DNA from: Octopus sinensis
Taxonomy: Eukaryota
DNA: 64,000 nt
Direction of reading: 5' to 3'
Assembly: GCF_006345805.1 (NCBI RefSeq)
Contig: NC_043008.1
Coordinates: 41,912,001-41,976,000, forward strand
The translations under genes and the position numbers were made by a program. The notes under the pieces were generated by a model, which ran no database searches, was not told the DNA's origin, and worked only from the letters and a program-made list of their open reading frames with translations. Below, one piece after another: positions 42,441-55,380 of the stretch; position 1 is the stretch's first letter; each line of letters begins with the position of its first letter.

Positions 42441-43055
42441 ATATATACATACACATATACAACTTGATCCTTTACCGTAAGAACACACACACACTATAAT
42501 ATATAATATATATAATATTATATATACACGCACATACACATACACGCTCATACATACACACATATACACACACGCGGGCGCGCACTTAAAACATTACGAA
42601 CTTTGAGTAGCAAAACCAGCGACGAAGAACCCTCCTTCATGCACTACGAACTACGAGAGAAAAGTTCTTTCTCTCCATTTTCTCATTCTCTTTTTTAAAA
42701 CCTTCATCGTATTTAATTGCTAGTATAACTGAATATTATTGAACTTTGAATTATGTATGACTGTTAGGAAATTCACCAAACATTTGAACTTCTATTACTG
42801 TCTATCTCTGTGCAACTTATTGGAATTTCTGTTTGATCGTTTAAAAACTTTAATCTCTCCTAAACCCTTTTCTTATTTATTCATTTTGTTTTATTTTTAC
42901 CATTAATAAAAAAAATTGTCCAAGCCTGTTTGGTATCTGAATATACCTATTACAAAATTTTTTAAAACCGCTAGAGGTTTTGAAATTCAGATGCATTTTC
43001 AAACCCCAAAACAATCTCCTACGTTCTTTCTTGCGTTTTAATATACTTCTTCTTT

Positions 43056-43120
<65 letters not shown>

Positions 43121-43431
43121 TTGCCAGTCACTACACTCTGAAGTGGAGGCCGATATTCTTTATACGCATACACTACTAATTGTATATCCATGACTTTCCA
43201 CACACTCAAACTACCAACATTACAACTATTACGTAAGCCCGAGCCTCCAGAAACATCCGTCGAACCTGAAATACCATTCATCGCCCCTTACCTGTCTGTA
43301 TATTTTGTTCTTCATGTAAATTTTTTCTGTAAGTATATGAATATTTGTATGCTTCTGCATGAATATTCATCTTCTAATATTTTCAACTTTTGCTCCTCTT
43401 TTATGTATCCTGATATATGTATATATGTGTG

Positions 43432-43473
<42 letters not shown>

Positions 43474-43504
43474 TATGTGTGTGTGTGTGTGTGTGGTGTG
43501 TATA

Positions 43505-43623
43505 CTTTATTTAAAAGCAGCAGAAATTTAACAAAACCTGTTACTCGAGTTTCAAGTTCCCGTTCGTCGGACAGTGAACTCTGAGTAACAGGTTTTGTTA
43601 ATTTCTGCTGCTTTTAAATAAAG
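43505..43623. repeat. Inverted repeat (arms about 50 bp) with a hammerhead-like motif at 43538-43574 (-)
   Basis: CTTTATTTAAAAGCAGCAGAAATTTAACAAAACCTGTTACTC is mirrored. Minus strand CTGT-CCGACGA-ACGggaaCTT-GAAA-CTCGAG-TA-ACAG. Confidence 0.8.
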
Positions 43624-43734
43624 CCTATTACTCTACCCCTGGTATTTGAGTACTATTTTTTCCACCTTGTTTCACATTTATGTGTTTACTCAGTTATATA
43701 TATAATATATATATATAATATATATGTTCTTTTT

Positions 43735-44080
43735 TATTATTCTTGTTTAAGTCATTTGACTGCAGATATGCTAAAGAACCGCCTTAAGATGTTTTAATCG
43801 AACAAATAGACCCCAGGACATCTTTTAAGCCTGGTACTTATTTTATCAGTCTCTGCTGAAGCGCTAATTTACAGGGACGTAAACTCACCGGTTGTCAGGC
43901 GGTAATCGGGAACAAAAGCAGACGCATAGAAACACACATAAATATACACGATGGGCTTCTTTCAGTTTCCCTCTACCAAATCCACTAACAAGGCTTTGGT
44001 CTGAGAGAGACTACAGTAGAAGACACTTGCCTGGAACCATGTGGTTGGGAAGGAAGTTTCTTACCTCACAGCCACGCCTC
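43735..44080 (-). mobile_element. SINE family A, diverged
   Basis: GGGCTTCTTTCAGTTTCC..CTACCAAATCCAC..CAAGGCTTTGGTC...CACAGCCACGCCT. Confidence 0.8.
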
Positions 44081-44140
44081 CAATTTACATATAAAGCGAG
44101 TTTGTTTATCTGCATCGTAATATATATATATATATATATA

Positions 44141-44868
44141 TACACAGGTTGGACAAATAATGTAAATGCCTTAAAATTTCAAACAAATTAATTTTAATAT
44201 TGGGTAGGACGCCTATGACAGTAATTACAGCTTGAATTCTATGAAGTATGGACTTGTATAAAGTTTAAATTGTTTTCAATGGAATTTTTGTCCATTCTTC
44301 AGCTAAAACAGCCTCCAGTTCTTGTAGTGATGATGGTGGAGGATATCGACTCCTTACTTGTTTTTCTAAAATGCACCATAAATGTTCAATAATATTGAGA
44401 TCTGGGGACTGTGGTGGTTAGATAAGATATTCAACTTCACTAGAATGTTCCTCGTGCCATCCAGTAACAACTTTAACTGAGTGAATTGGTGCATTATCAT
44501 CCTGAAAGATTGCGTTTCCCTCCGGAAACAGTTCCGCAACAATAGGATGAATTTGATCAGATAAAATGTTTAGTCTTGACTATTAATTCTGCCATGAAAG
44601 GAAGCTATTGAGTCGGCAGATTTCCAAGACATAGCACCTCCTCCAGATCATCACAGATCCTTCTCCATATTTAACAGTTGTAAGAAGGCAGTCTGAGTTA
44701 AATACTTCTTTCGTCTGTCTCCACACGTATACTCGGCCAGTGCTCGGAAATAAAGTAAAGAATGGCTCGTTCGAGAAAATAACATTCTTCCACTGCTCTA
44801 GGGACCAGTTCTGTAGGTTTCTACTCCACTCTAAACGCTTTGCAACGTTTGTTTTTGAAAGTAGTGAT
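44141..44868 (-). mobile_element. Tc1-like transposon 3' half with DD36E spacing
   Basis: WKNVIFSNE...GRVYVWRQ...TVKYGEGSVMIW and IFQDDNAPIH...*PPQSPDLNIIEHLW with 36 residues from D to E. Terminus TA|CACAGGTTGGACAAA. Confidence 0.85.
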
Positions 44869-44890
44869 TTATATATCATTATTATTATTA

Positions 44891-44945
<55 letters not shown>

Positions 44946-45661
44946 ATTAACACATACATAGAAGTATAAGCGTATATTTTTCTAATAACATTTTCTCGTT
45001 CATTTCTACAAATTCCTACGTCTTCTCTGCTGTTTGCTTTATTCTTAACTTTTCAATTCTGTCTCAAACTAAATTTCGGTGTACATTTCTCATTCCAGCT
45101 AGTAATGAAAAAAAAAGTGTATTTTTGTCTCTTATTCATGTGCGTATTGTATATTGTGAATTCAATTATATATTCTCTTTTCAATTGTATACAATACATA
45201 TGATCATTTTTCTAACAATAATACAAGGCCACAATTATGTATATTACTGAATAAACCGGCCTCTATATTTGGCTGTTACACATTTCTTCAGCAAAGCCAG
45301 GACAACGTAAAATAAGTTTCAAGATATCAGCTCAGATTAATAAGGTAAACACATTCAGTTTTCCTTTGAAGAAAATTTTCTGTGCGGCGTCATGAAGCAC
45401 AACCGATGCCAAGAAACCCAGGCGCAAAAATTTTACCTCTACAAATAAATATTATCTCATTTTAACTAATTACTATTCTAGCTTAATTTTGTTAATTTTG
45501 GTACTTTGTATTGGCACGAAAATGGCTCTGTGATTAAGAATTTCGCTTTGCAACCACGTGGTCTCCTGTTCAGTTACAATGTACGACATCTTGAGTGTCT
45601 TCTACTCTGTCACGGAAGTAAACTTGGCAGACGGAAACTGTGGTTATTTCTGAGTTTCCTT

Positions 45662-47178
45662 AAAAAAAAATGTTTCAGCCCGAAGGCCGCGGCCATGCTG
45701 GGGCACCACCAGTTTGTTGATTTTTTTGTTGGTGTTGGTGCTAGTTGGTGACAGTTGGGATGTAGTGTATGGGTTTTTGAGGATGAGATATGAGTCCTTT
45801 TGGTTTTCTCTTCTTCCTTTTGGAGTTATTGTTGGTGACGGTGGTGATGGTGTTGTTTCTGTTCTTGGTGGCGCTGATGGTGGTGTCATTTGGTTTGGCT
45901 GCTTTGTTGGTTACTGATGTCCCTTAATTTGTTTCTAGAACTATTTTATCAATTGCGCATATGACGGTGTGAGTAGCAGTGCTGGTTTTTTCTAGGTTTT
46001 TTGTTTTCTTATTGTGGTTGTTGTTGTTGTTGTTGTTGTTGTTGTTATTGTTGTTGTTGATCTTGTTGTTGTGATTGCTGTTGCTGTTGCTTCTGTTTCT
46101 GTGCTAGCGGGCAATTAATTTTCAGGTGTGAAACGTAGCAACGTAGCCTTCGACGGCCACATGCAAGTTGTCTGCCAGTTCGATTTGACGTGGAATCCTT
46201 TCAATGTTGATTGGATCAACTTGAGCAAGGATTTCCACTCCTTGACTAATCCGGTTTTGCTGGTCCAGGACTTCCAAGATATGGATTGCCGCCTCGATAT
46301 CGTGACAAATGGCAGACAAAAGCCATTTTATTTCTATCTCAGGAGGCACATCTTTTATTTTTATTTTTGCCACACTACGACCAAGGTATATAGGGATCAT
46401 CATTAAGTTCTTGCATTCAAAAGACTTTGTGGGGAGGTCCTTGGCTCGTTCTTCACTGTCGAATCTAACTTCGATAGTGGCAATTATGTTTAACCCTGGT
46501 GATGTAGTCTTTAAAGGCCCATATGGGCCTTAAACATTTTTCTACTGTTTCTTGGGAGGCAGTTTCGTAAAGCTTTGTTTTTAGATTGAGTGTCTTGTAA
46601 ATAATTTCAGTGATTTTTTGAGGTGTTTGCAGTTGTATGGTGTGTTCGTCTTTTTTAAACATTGCCTTGTAAGCAAGCAGTTTCTTCCTTCGAAAAAGAC
46701 ATAATTCTTTTCTTCAGATTTAAAGCTGCGGCAAAATTGCTTTGAGTGCTCGTGTTGATTGTGGTGGCGATGGCGGTAGTGGTGGAGGCAGTGTTTATAA
46801 TAGTAAACGTTGTCTTTACTTCTTTGTTTGTATCTTCTAAGGCCAGACTGGCGATTTCTATGTGCGTTCAAGCGGAACGACTTTCTCTTCAGCTTCCTTC
46901 CCTCTGACTTTAGTAGAGGCGGGAAGTCGATAGCTTCCTGGTTTGATTTAGCCATTTTCGTTTAGAAGATGACAAGGAAACTGAGGAAAATGGTTTTTTT
47001 TTCAATTTTGGAAATTCAAGCACAGTGGTGGAATTTCCTATTAAAAGATTTACTGAGGTTGAAGGTGATGCAGTTAGACAACTCTTTCACAGAAAAATAT
47101 TCCAAAAACAAACATTTTTTCTTCACAAAAATCGCCAACTTACTTAGAGCCGATCTGTTTACAGTCCATTCACATCAG
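45662..47178 (-). mobile_element. Non-autonomous non-LTR element carrying only a decayed ORF1/gag-like frame
   Basis: Overlapping minus ORFs 46955-46581, 46662-46465 and 46403-46122 join by frameshift (PIYLGRSVAKIKIKDVPPEIEIKWL...HVAVEG). They lead into a Q/T-rich tail and a 3' end GGTGCCCCAGCATGGCCGC...CTGAAAC shared with SINE A. No RT seen. Confidence 0.6.
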
Positions 47179-47290
<112 letters not shown>

Positions 47291-47402
47291 GAATAAGAAG
47301 TAGAAGTCCTTTGTACAGAATTTTATATTTGAATTACCAGAAAAGCCATTTCTATTCAGTTTTTAAATGAATAAATAAATAAATAAATACGTGTGTGTGT
47401 GT

Positions 47403-47463
<61 letters not shown>

Positions 47464-48290
47464 TATGTGTGTGTGTGTGTGCTTATGTGTGCAAGCTCAA
47501 AATCGAACCTCGAGAAAAATTGAAAGTCGGCTGAGGCAGAAATTCCAGGTGCATTGCTTAAAAATTTCCAGATTGTTCTTTTATATTGTTTCCGTACCAC
47601 ACCCTTTCTAAAGTCCTTAGAGCTGAAAAAAAATTGAAATTTTACGTGATATTTGCGGGTTTCTGTTCTATAAACAACTACAAACATTTTGTAACTTTTG
47701 AGTTGAGGAGGAATTTCATAAAGAAGTGATACCGAAACAACTGTAACTAATAAAAAAAACGTCCTAGATTCATTCATCGAAGCTTATTTGTACTATATCT
47801 GTGTGTGTTTGTTTGTACTCATGTGGGGTACGGTATAAGTGTGTGTATCTACATATATGTGTGTGTGTGTCTGAGTGTGTGTGTGTTTGCATGCACATAT
47901 TTTTCTAATATAAGTGTACATATGTATGCATCAATGTATGCATGTATGCATGTACGTATGTATATATGTATGTAAATATAGTTATATGCATGTACGTATG
48001 TATATATGTATGTAAATATAGTTATATGCATATATATATATGGATGTATGCATGCATGTACTATGTGTAATCATGCATGTATGCATGTAAATATGTATGT
48101 ATGCATGTATGTATGTACGTATGTATGTATGTATTAGACAAGTAGAAACAAACAACTTCATTGATATTTCAACATCTTATTTCTTTCTTCAACCTTTTCG
48201 ACATAACCATAAACTTTGCAAAACTAAAAGGCCCAAAAGCCTACGTGGTAGTGGTAGAAATTTGTGATCTCACTTGCTGTAATTTTGCAG

Positions 48291-48430
48291 CGGACTCATA
48301 TTTCGATGAGCGTAAATATTGTGATAAATGTCGGGTAGATAAACACTTATCAAAAATTGATATCAATATTAGACCAGTCAACTTGGATAGGTTTAAAGAT
48401 AGAGGGGAAGTAATTTGGACATCGGACACG
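48291..48430 (+). CDS. Candidate internal coding exon (140 nt) of an unidentified gene
   Basis: Acceptor TTTTGCAG|, consensus donor ACG|GTAAGT, open frame DSYFDERKYCDKCRVDKHLSKIDINIRPVNLDRFKDRGEVIWTSDT. Confidence 0.55.
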
Positions 48431-48460
48431 GTAAGTACATATTTCATTTGAAACATAATA

Positions 48461-48560
48461 NNNNNNNNNNNNNNNNNNNNNNNNNNNNNNNNNNNNNNNN
48501 NNNNNNNNNNNNNNNNNNNNNNNNNNNNNNNNNNNNNNNNNNNNNNNNNNNNNNNNNNNN
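48461..48560. other. Assembly gap (100 N)
   Basis: Run of N. Confidence 1.
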
Positions 48561-48879
48561 GGCAACGCACAAAAGCCCTTTTCAGAGTTATATATACTTT
48601 GAATTCATATTATCTCATATCTCATTAGCCTGTTATTTATTACGTGACGTACTTCATGATTTTAGCATATATACATTATTAGTATTACCTCCTAAGTTCC
48701 ATATACTCTCGGAACGCGTTAAAGTACTTTCCGGGGCTATTGTATTTGAATTCTCACTATCGGGTAACTAATTCCATGTTATTGCATAACTGACTTCCCA
48801 ATTTGGGTATTCATAACTTATAGGAAATTCCTGAAAACAAGATCCTGTGTAAGACAGTTTTGAATTCTCTGTAAATCCA

Positions 48880-48998
48880 CAAAACCGTTTTAAGGGGGTG
48901 CATATTGTATTGTTGTTATTGAATTAGCGAAACAATTATGAAAACGCAACAAGGGATAAGTCCCGCTTTCCCGGGAATTACCAGGTACGTCAGCTAGT
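48880..48998 (+). mobile_element. Helitron-like 3' terminus
   Basis: Imperfect hairpin CCCGG-GAATTA-CCAGG followed about 8 nt later by CTAG|T at 48994-48998. Left boundary uncertain. Confidence 0.5.
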
Positions 48999-49101
48999 AT
49001 ATATATATATATATCTATATATATATATATATATATGTGTGTGTTGTGTGTGTGTGTGTTTGTGTGTGTGTGTATATGCATATGTATATATAGTATATTA
49101 T

Positions 49102-49151
<50 letters not shown>

Positions 49152-49152
<1 letters not shown>

Positions 49153-49350
49153 TAGGAAGACCCTTCCCATCGGAAGTGTAGCAGTGATGCCCTTCCTGAC
49201 ATCCGTCTTTTTTTCCTCATGCGCAAACCGAGATTTCTCAAGGAGCTGCACAATGCTTCTCCACATGCTTCGATCAATAGCTATGCCCTCTCATGTGTCA
49301 GGAGAGAAGCAAGCATCTCTTAAGGAACCCTTCAGCAGTCTTATACCTCT
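49152..49350 (-). mobile_element. RTE-clade LINE 3' fragment
   Basis: Minus strand RYK..LKGSLRDACFSPDT*EGIAIDRSMWRSIVQ, a typical RTE C-terminus. Confidence 0.62.
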
Positions 49351-49380
49351 TTTTGGGTTTCTGTATATATATGTATATAT

Positions 49381-49415
<35 letters not shown>

Positions 49416-49473
49416 TCTATTTACCATATCTAATCTATCTATATCTATCTATCTATCATCTATCTATCTATCT

Positions 49474-49510
<37 letters not shown>

Positions 49511-49953
49511 TTTCTATCTATCTATCTATCTATCTATCTATTTGTCTATCTATCTATATACATTCATGTATGATTATGAATAAATGTAGATCTGTCGCTG
49601 TATCCCTACCTAAATATATATGAATATGTATCAGCAGACAAACACTTATGCGGTTTAATATAGAATAGAGAAAGCAAATCCTATTCACGCACACATATTT
49701 CTGAACAACATCTTAATTTTATTCAATACTATATACCCACGCCTTTATACACGTACGTGTTTATATATAATTAGAACAGCTGTCATTGAAATATTATGTA
49801 TGCCTACGCAAACACCCTCTTCCACAATCACCTCTGCTCGAGCACACACACACACAAATATTTTTTTCAGATATATATTATATAGTTATATATTTTATAC
49901 ATACATACGAACACATACACACACAAACACACACATTCATACTACAACATATA

Positions 49954-50002
<49 letters not shown>

Positions 50003-50397
50003 TATATATATACGCATAGAATCATTACAAGCACGCACACACAACACACACATATATATATGTGTAGTTGTGTAATGTATCAAATACTTAGTTTCAAAAT
50101 ACATCTTTATGTCCAGTTTAATCAGCTTTTTTTTGTGAAGTTTTCTAAATCAATCTATCTGTTTCGTATTACAATAGTTTGAGATAACAAAAATAATGTT
50201 CATAAATAACGTAATGTTTGTAAGTCGTCTGGTAGAGACAGAAAACTAATTAAACAGGACTCTTATCAAAATATTTATACAGTTTTGCTTAATAATATTC
50301 ATTCATTATACACTCCCTATTAACAAGTGGAAGATTCGCTGAAAAAATATAATTGTAACTTGGTAAAAAGAAATGAGTGATCTTTATAAATAGAAGA

Positions 50398-50446
50398 TCT
50401 TACAGCTGTTTCCAGGATATTTATTATATCCTTTCATCGAGGACAG
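50398..50446 (-). ncRNA. Degenerate hammerhead motif, relative of 19520-19577
   Basis: Minus strand TCGATGA-AAGGATATaataaATATCCTG-GAAA-CAGCTG-TA-AGA. Confidence 0.55.
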
Positions 50447-50614
50447 TGTGAGAAAATGGTTAAGCAATAGTTAATTTAGATAAGATACGAAATAGTGAGT
50501 GAAGTGGAAGAATGAATATAGATGTGAGATATGCAGGGATATTGCATTTGTAGATCCATTATTTAGCCATAATGCTATACATATAAGATTCCAATACCTT
50601 GTAAGTAAAATCGA

Positions 50615-50766
50615 ATAGTATCTTAAATTGGTCATTCCAAGTATAGAGTTTATACACAGCGTTATTGAATCAAAGGTTATATTTAAATAAAATTTTAAAT
50701 AAAACCATTGATTCAGTAGCATTGTGTACAAACTCTATACTTGGAATGACCAATTTTATATACTAT
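50615..50766. repeat. Imperfect palindrome, arms about 73 bp
   Basis: AAATTGGTCATTCCAAGTATAGAGTTT is mirrored by AAACTCTATACTTGGAATGACCAATTT. Confidence 0.88.
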
Positions 50767-50859
50767 CCGTCTGTCTATCTGTCTACCTACCTATCAATCA
50801 ATCTATCAATCTATTTATCTATCTATCTGTCTATCTATATATGTATGTTCGTATGTGTT

Positions 50860-50924
<65 letters not shown>

Positions 50925-51881
50925 ATATATTGATATTATATGTATGTATGTATTTATGTATGTATATATACATGTATTTGCAGGTATGCATGTATGTATA
51001 AAATATGTGTAAATTATTTGTGCAACACGGGTGATTGAGACCCGTTTACGTTCTACACTCTTCCTCTGTTTCAATAATTAGATGGACTTAAAAGGACACG
51101 AATCACTGGTCTTCCGGCAAATTGACGCCAGATATTACTAATTTGGTTAACTAGCGTATATGTTGTTGCTGTTGTTGTTGGTATCATTATTAGCATCATT
51201 ATTTTTATTTTCATTTTTACTTTTGTTTTTATTTTCCTTTCTGTAGTATAATAAACGCTGGTCAAATTTAATTCTTCATATCTTTGATCAGAGTTTTCCG
51301 CTCGTATACATCATGTCATATTTCCATTATCTGTCCTTACAGTATCCAGTACGTCCATTATTTTCTCAAATGATAATGTGTTATTTGAAGGGATTTAGCA
51401 GTCATTTCTAGCGGCTACATAGTAGTCCTCTTGACGCTATCAGCTGTAGCTGATCGTTTTGTTGTCATGTAAAGTTAAGATAATCATTTTATTATATTCG
51501 CTTGATCGTACGATAGCATATTCTGGTGTGTATCTGTCTCAAACTGAGATATATTAAAACACTTTTGCATTATCTTTTGTTAAATGTCCCCGTCTACAAC
51601 ACACTGCGCTGTGAAAATCGAACCCACAATATTGTGCCGATTAAATAATTCAGGTCCCGCCCAACAAGCTAACCACTAAGTGATGGGACTTCAAAAGCAT
51701 ACATTTATAAAAGGACATGCGTGTATATGTAAGACTGATAGATAGGTATGTGGATGGGGAGAGAGAGAGGGAGGAAGAGACTGAGACACAGAGACAGAGA
51801 GACAGTCAGACAGATAGATAGGTAGAAAGATAGATAGATATATAGATAGATAATTTTAGACAGAAAGATAGACTGATAGAT

Positions 51882-51916
<35 letters not shown>

Positions 51917-52679
51917 AGAGACAGCTAGATTGATAGAGAGATAGATAATTTTAGACAGACAGATACAAACAAACACAGACAGACAGACAGATAGACACAG
52001 ACAGACAGTCATACACAGATAGACAGACTTACAGACAGACAGATAGATAGAGTGAGAGAGAGACAGATAGATACATAGATAGATATATAAATAAAGAGAG
52101 AGAGAAGAGGGAGAGAAAGAGAAAAGAGAAAGAGAGACAAACACACAGGGAGATAGAGATAGATAAGCATTCCGCAGTGAAGGGTAATGACCAATTACAA
52201 AGTAGAAACATCTTGTTAATTTACTGCGGACGCCATTTTCGCCGTTCAATGTTTCTGTCGTTTCGATGTAAGAAAGTCTGTTAATCACTTTAATAGATTC
52301 AACTTTAAACAACTCTCTTCATGTCAAAATGAACAAAGGATTTTATGTTGAAAGTCGCGGAGTCAAAGCGACGATGTTTTATTTGAGGAATTTCTGGTTT
52401 AGTGAGGTGCACCTAATAAAGCAATGAAACTCTAAAGTTAATATTGTTCTATATGTGAGTGATATGTCACTGTTAATAACTAACTCTAAGGCTGATGCCA
52501 CTTTAGAAGGTTGAAAATATTCACTAAGACGAATAATTCACTGTAAAGTTTAATGCACTATAAAGTTTAAGAGTAGCGTTTTAATTCGACATGGTACGCT
52601 TTATTAAGCGATGTGAAAGTAATAGAGTACTGTAAGTATTGATTTTAAATTTTGGCAGGAGGCCATCAAAGTGGGAGGA

Positions 52680-52852
52680 AGAAATAAATTGCTTACATCA
52701 TCCACAATAATCAAATGGTACTTACTTTATCAACCCCCGAAATGCAAAGTCGACCTCACCTCTTCGGAATTTGAACTTAGACCGTGAAGACGAACGATGT
52801 GTTGCTAAGCAAGTTGCCAGCCGTGCAAACGATTGTGCTCTCTCGCCGCCTT
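52680..52852 (-). mobile_element. SINE family C, diverged
   Basis: CAAAGTCGACCTC...GGAATTTGAACT...CTCGCCGCC. Confidence 0.72.
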
Positions 52853-52927
52853 CAAGTAATTAATTATTCAAACTGTCAACCCTCAACGTTTACAGAAATA
52901 ACACTAATCTATTTATTCTGAACAAGT

Positions 52928-53091
52928 AGGCGCAGGATTGGCTGTGTGGTAAGTAGCTTGTTTACCAACCACATGGTTCCGGGTTCAGTCCCACTGCGTG
53001 GCACCTTGGGCAAGTGTATTCTACTATAGTCTCGGGCCGACCAAAGTCTTGTGAGTGGATTTGGTAGACGGAAACTGAAAGAAGCCCGTCG

Positions 53092-53129
<38 letters not shown>

Positions 53130-53348
53130 TGTGTGTGTGTGTATCTGTGTTTGTCCCCCTAGCATTGCTTGACAACCGATGCTGGTGTGTTTATGTCCCC
53201 GTTACTTAGCGGTTCGGCAAAAGAGACCGATAGAATAAGTACTGGGCTTACAAAAGAATAAGTCCCGGTGTCGAGTTGCTCGATTAAAGGCGGTGCTCCA
53301 GCATGGCCGCAGTCAGATGACTGAAACAAGTAAAAGAGTAAAAGAGTA
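52928..53348 (+). mobile_element. SINE family A, full-length reference copy
   Basis: tRNA-like head (TGGCTGTGTGG; GGGTTCAGTCCC), internal (TA)n(TG)n, 3' stem-loop CAGTC-agat-GACTG, tail of AGTAAAAG repeats. Confidence 0.9.
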
Positions 53349-53779
53349 AGTAATGAACGATTTATTTCTCTTCCACGACGAATTCTGCCCAAATAGTCAC
53401 ATTTCACTTCTTCACAGTAAAATACCTGATTCCATTTTGTGAATTTCTTGTATTTACCATTTGACGCTCCATCTCAGCATTTGCTTATCTCAATTCGCCT
53501 TAGAAATAACAAACTTCTAGATATTTACTCTTATCTGGATGTGTAATGGATATTCAATAAGGATACGGCACCTGGTAAAGATCGAAAATGAAACTCATTC
53601 GAATGTAGTATCGATATAACTATCAAAATCTTTTATATTTCAATTTAAGATCGATATTTAAAGAATATATTTTTATTAACAACTTATGCCAGTTACTTAG
53701 AGTGTAATTTTTTATAAAATTACTCACTTTATACCTGTTAAGTGAGAACATAATTGCATTATTATTAAACTAGTGTGTC

Positions 53780-53985
53780 TAAGAATCGTTAGCACGCCGG
53801 ACAAAATGCTTAGCGATATTTCATCTCTGTCTTCATGTTCTAAGTTTATATGCCGCAGGGGTTGACTTGACATTTCGTCCATTTGGGGTCGATAAATTAA
53901 GTACCAGTTACACGCTGGGATCGATGTAATCAATTCATCCCCTACCCCAAAATTTCAGTCTTGTGCCTATAATAGAAATGATTAT
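53780..53985 (+). mobile_element. SINE family C
   Basis: GAATCGTTAGCACGCCGGACAAAATGCTTAGCG...GGGGTCGATAAATTAAGTACCAGT. Confidence 0.78.
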
Positions 53986-54431
53986 TATATCGTAGATACA
54001 TCCTATCTCGCCACTATTTCTTTTTTAAGTTACTAAAAGTGCCACGGGTTTGGAAATCTAGGAATTTTCTTGGTGAACTTAAACATATTTGAAAGTTTGA
54101 AAATTGCAATGACAGCATTGACCATAGATCGGAGAGCATTTATTAAGCTTTTACAAATTCAAACAATTTCAGTTGTAGACAAGAAATAAATCAATACGAA
54201 TGCATTTTATAAACCACTTTAGGACCTAAAGTAAAGAGCAACGCATGAAGTAGCCAACTGCACTGTGTTACATCTATTTGAAAACCAGTGTTTCACTAAA
54301 TGTCAATATGTCAATTAGCTTTTAACCACGTTTATACATAATTTTGAATGTTACTTCCAAATTTTATTTGCCAAACATAATTCCCATATCTAGTTAATGT
54401 AGATGCATGTAATACATACATACGTACATAT

Positions 54432-54501
<70 letters not shown>

Positions 54502-54733
54502 TATATGTTTGTATGTATGTATATATATATAATGTAATCTTGAAGCATTCTTGAAGGTGGCGATATAAGAAGTGTTAAGTTCCCCAGGTGCAAAAATCAG
54601 TAAATTTGTTTCGGAAATTCCATTCTTTAAAGGGGCTGTTTCAATCTACTTTAATTGAAAATGGTTTCTCATTCACTTCATCCAAACTTTCTCTCTTCCA
54701 TCTTTCGTTATCTTCTCTTCTCTTTGAAACAAG

Positions 54734-54897
54734 AGACACTGTCCACATGCTGTTGGCGAATGGAACGTAATTACAAACACAAAACCCAGAGCTTACATAA
54801 AAGACCCCAAGTTGTGAACGTTAACATCCCAACAACGAAACAACAGAAATATTATTACAATTACTGGGAACCTGGCGATTACGTTCCTATACGATGA
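54734..54897 (+). CDS. Candidate terminal coding exon of an unidentified gene
   Basis: Polypyrimidine tract of about 45 nt, then AAG|, reading TLSTCCWRMERNYKHKTQSLHKRPQVVNVNIPTTKQQKYYYNYWEPGDYVPIR*. Confidence 0.45.
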
Positions 54898-55159
54898 CAA
54901 CTGCCACATAACGACACAAATCAAATCTCATAAAGCATGCAGTTCAAACAAAAGAATAGAGGAAGCCATTAGTGACCGCTTCATCGACCACGTGATTGCA
55001 TAAATTTCATACTCACACAATCGAGGTTATTGCTTCTCATATCATAGGTCATAACTTTCAGTACGTCAAATTTTAGAGTGAATAGAGAGGTCAACATCCC
55101 ACTGGACATTGTAGTTAGCATCGCAAATAACACTGCAGTTAATATGATGGCCATGATTA

Positions 55160-55380
55160 AGATGGCGAGCTGGCTAAACCGTTAGCATGTCGGACAAAAT
55201 GATTAACGGTATTTCATCCGTCTTTATGTTCTGAGCGCAAATTCCTCCGAGATCGACTTTACCTTTCATATTTTCGGGGTCGACAAAATTATGTGACAGT
55301 TGAATATTGGGGTCAATTTAATTCACTTGTCCCCATTCCCTGAAATTGCAGGCCTTGTGCCAAAATATGAAACCGATATT
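55160..55380 (+). mobile_element. SINE family C
   Basis: GATGGCGAGCTGGC...TCGACTTTACCTTTCAT...GGGGTCGAC. Confidence 0.78.

Noticed and set aside
43120-43290. Complex sequence with an AG acceptor and GTAAGC donor
   Set aside because: All three plus frames contain stops, so a coding exon cannot be supported.
48350-48385. IDINIRPVN as a Cys-loop receptor RPV motif
   Set aside because: Only a short match, and the flanking residues do not fit the expected helix and beta-strand pattern. No gene name assigned.
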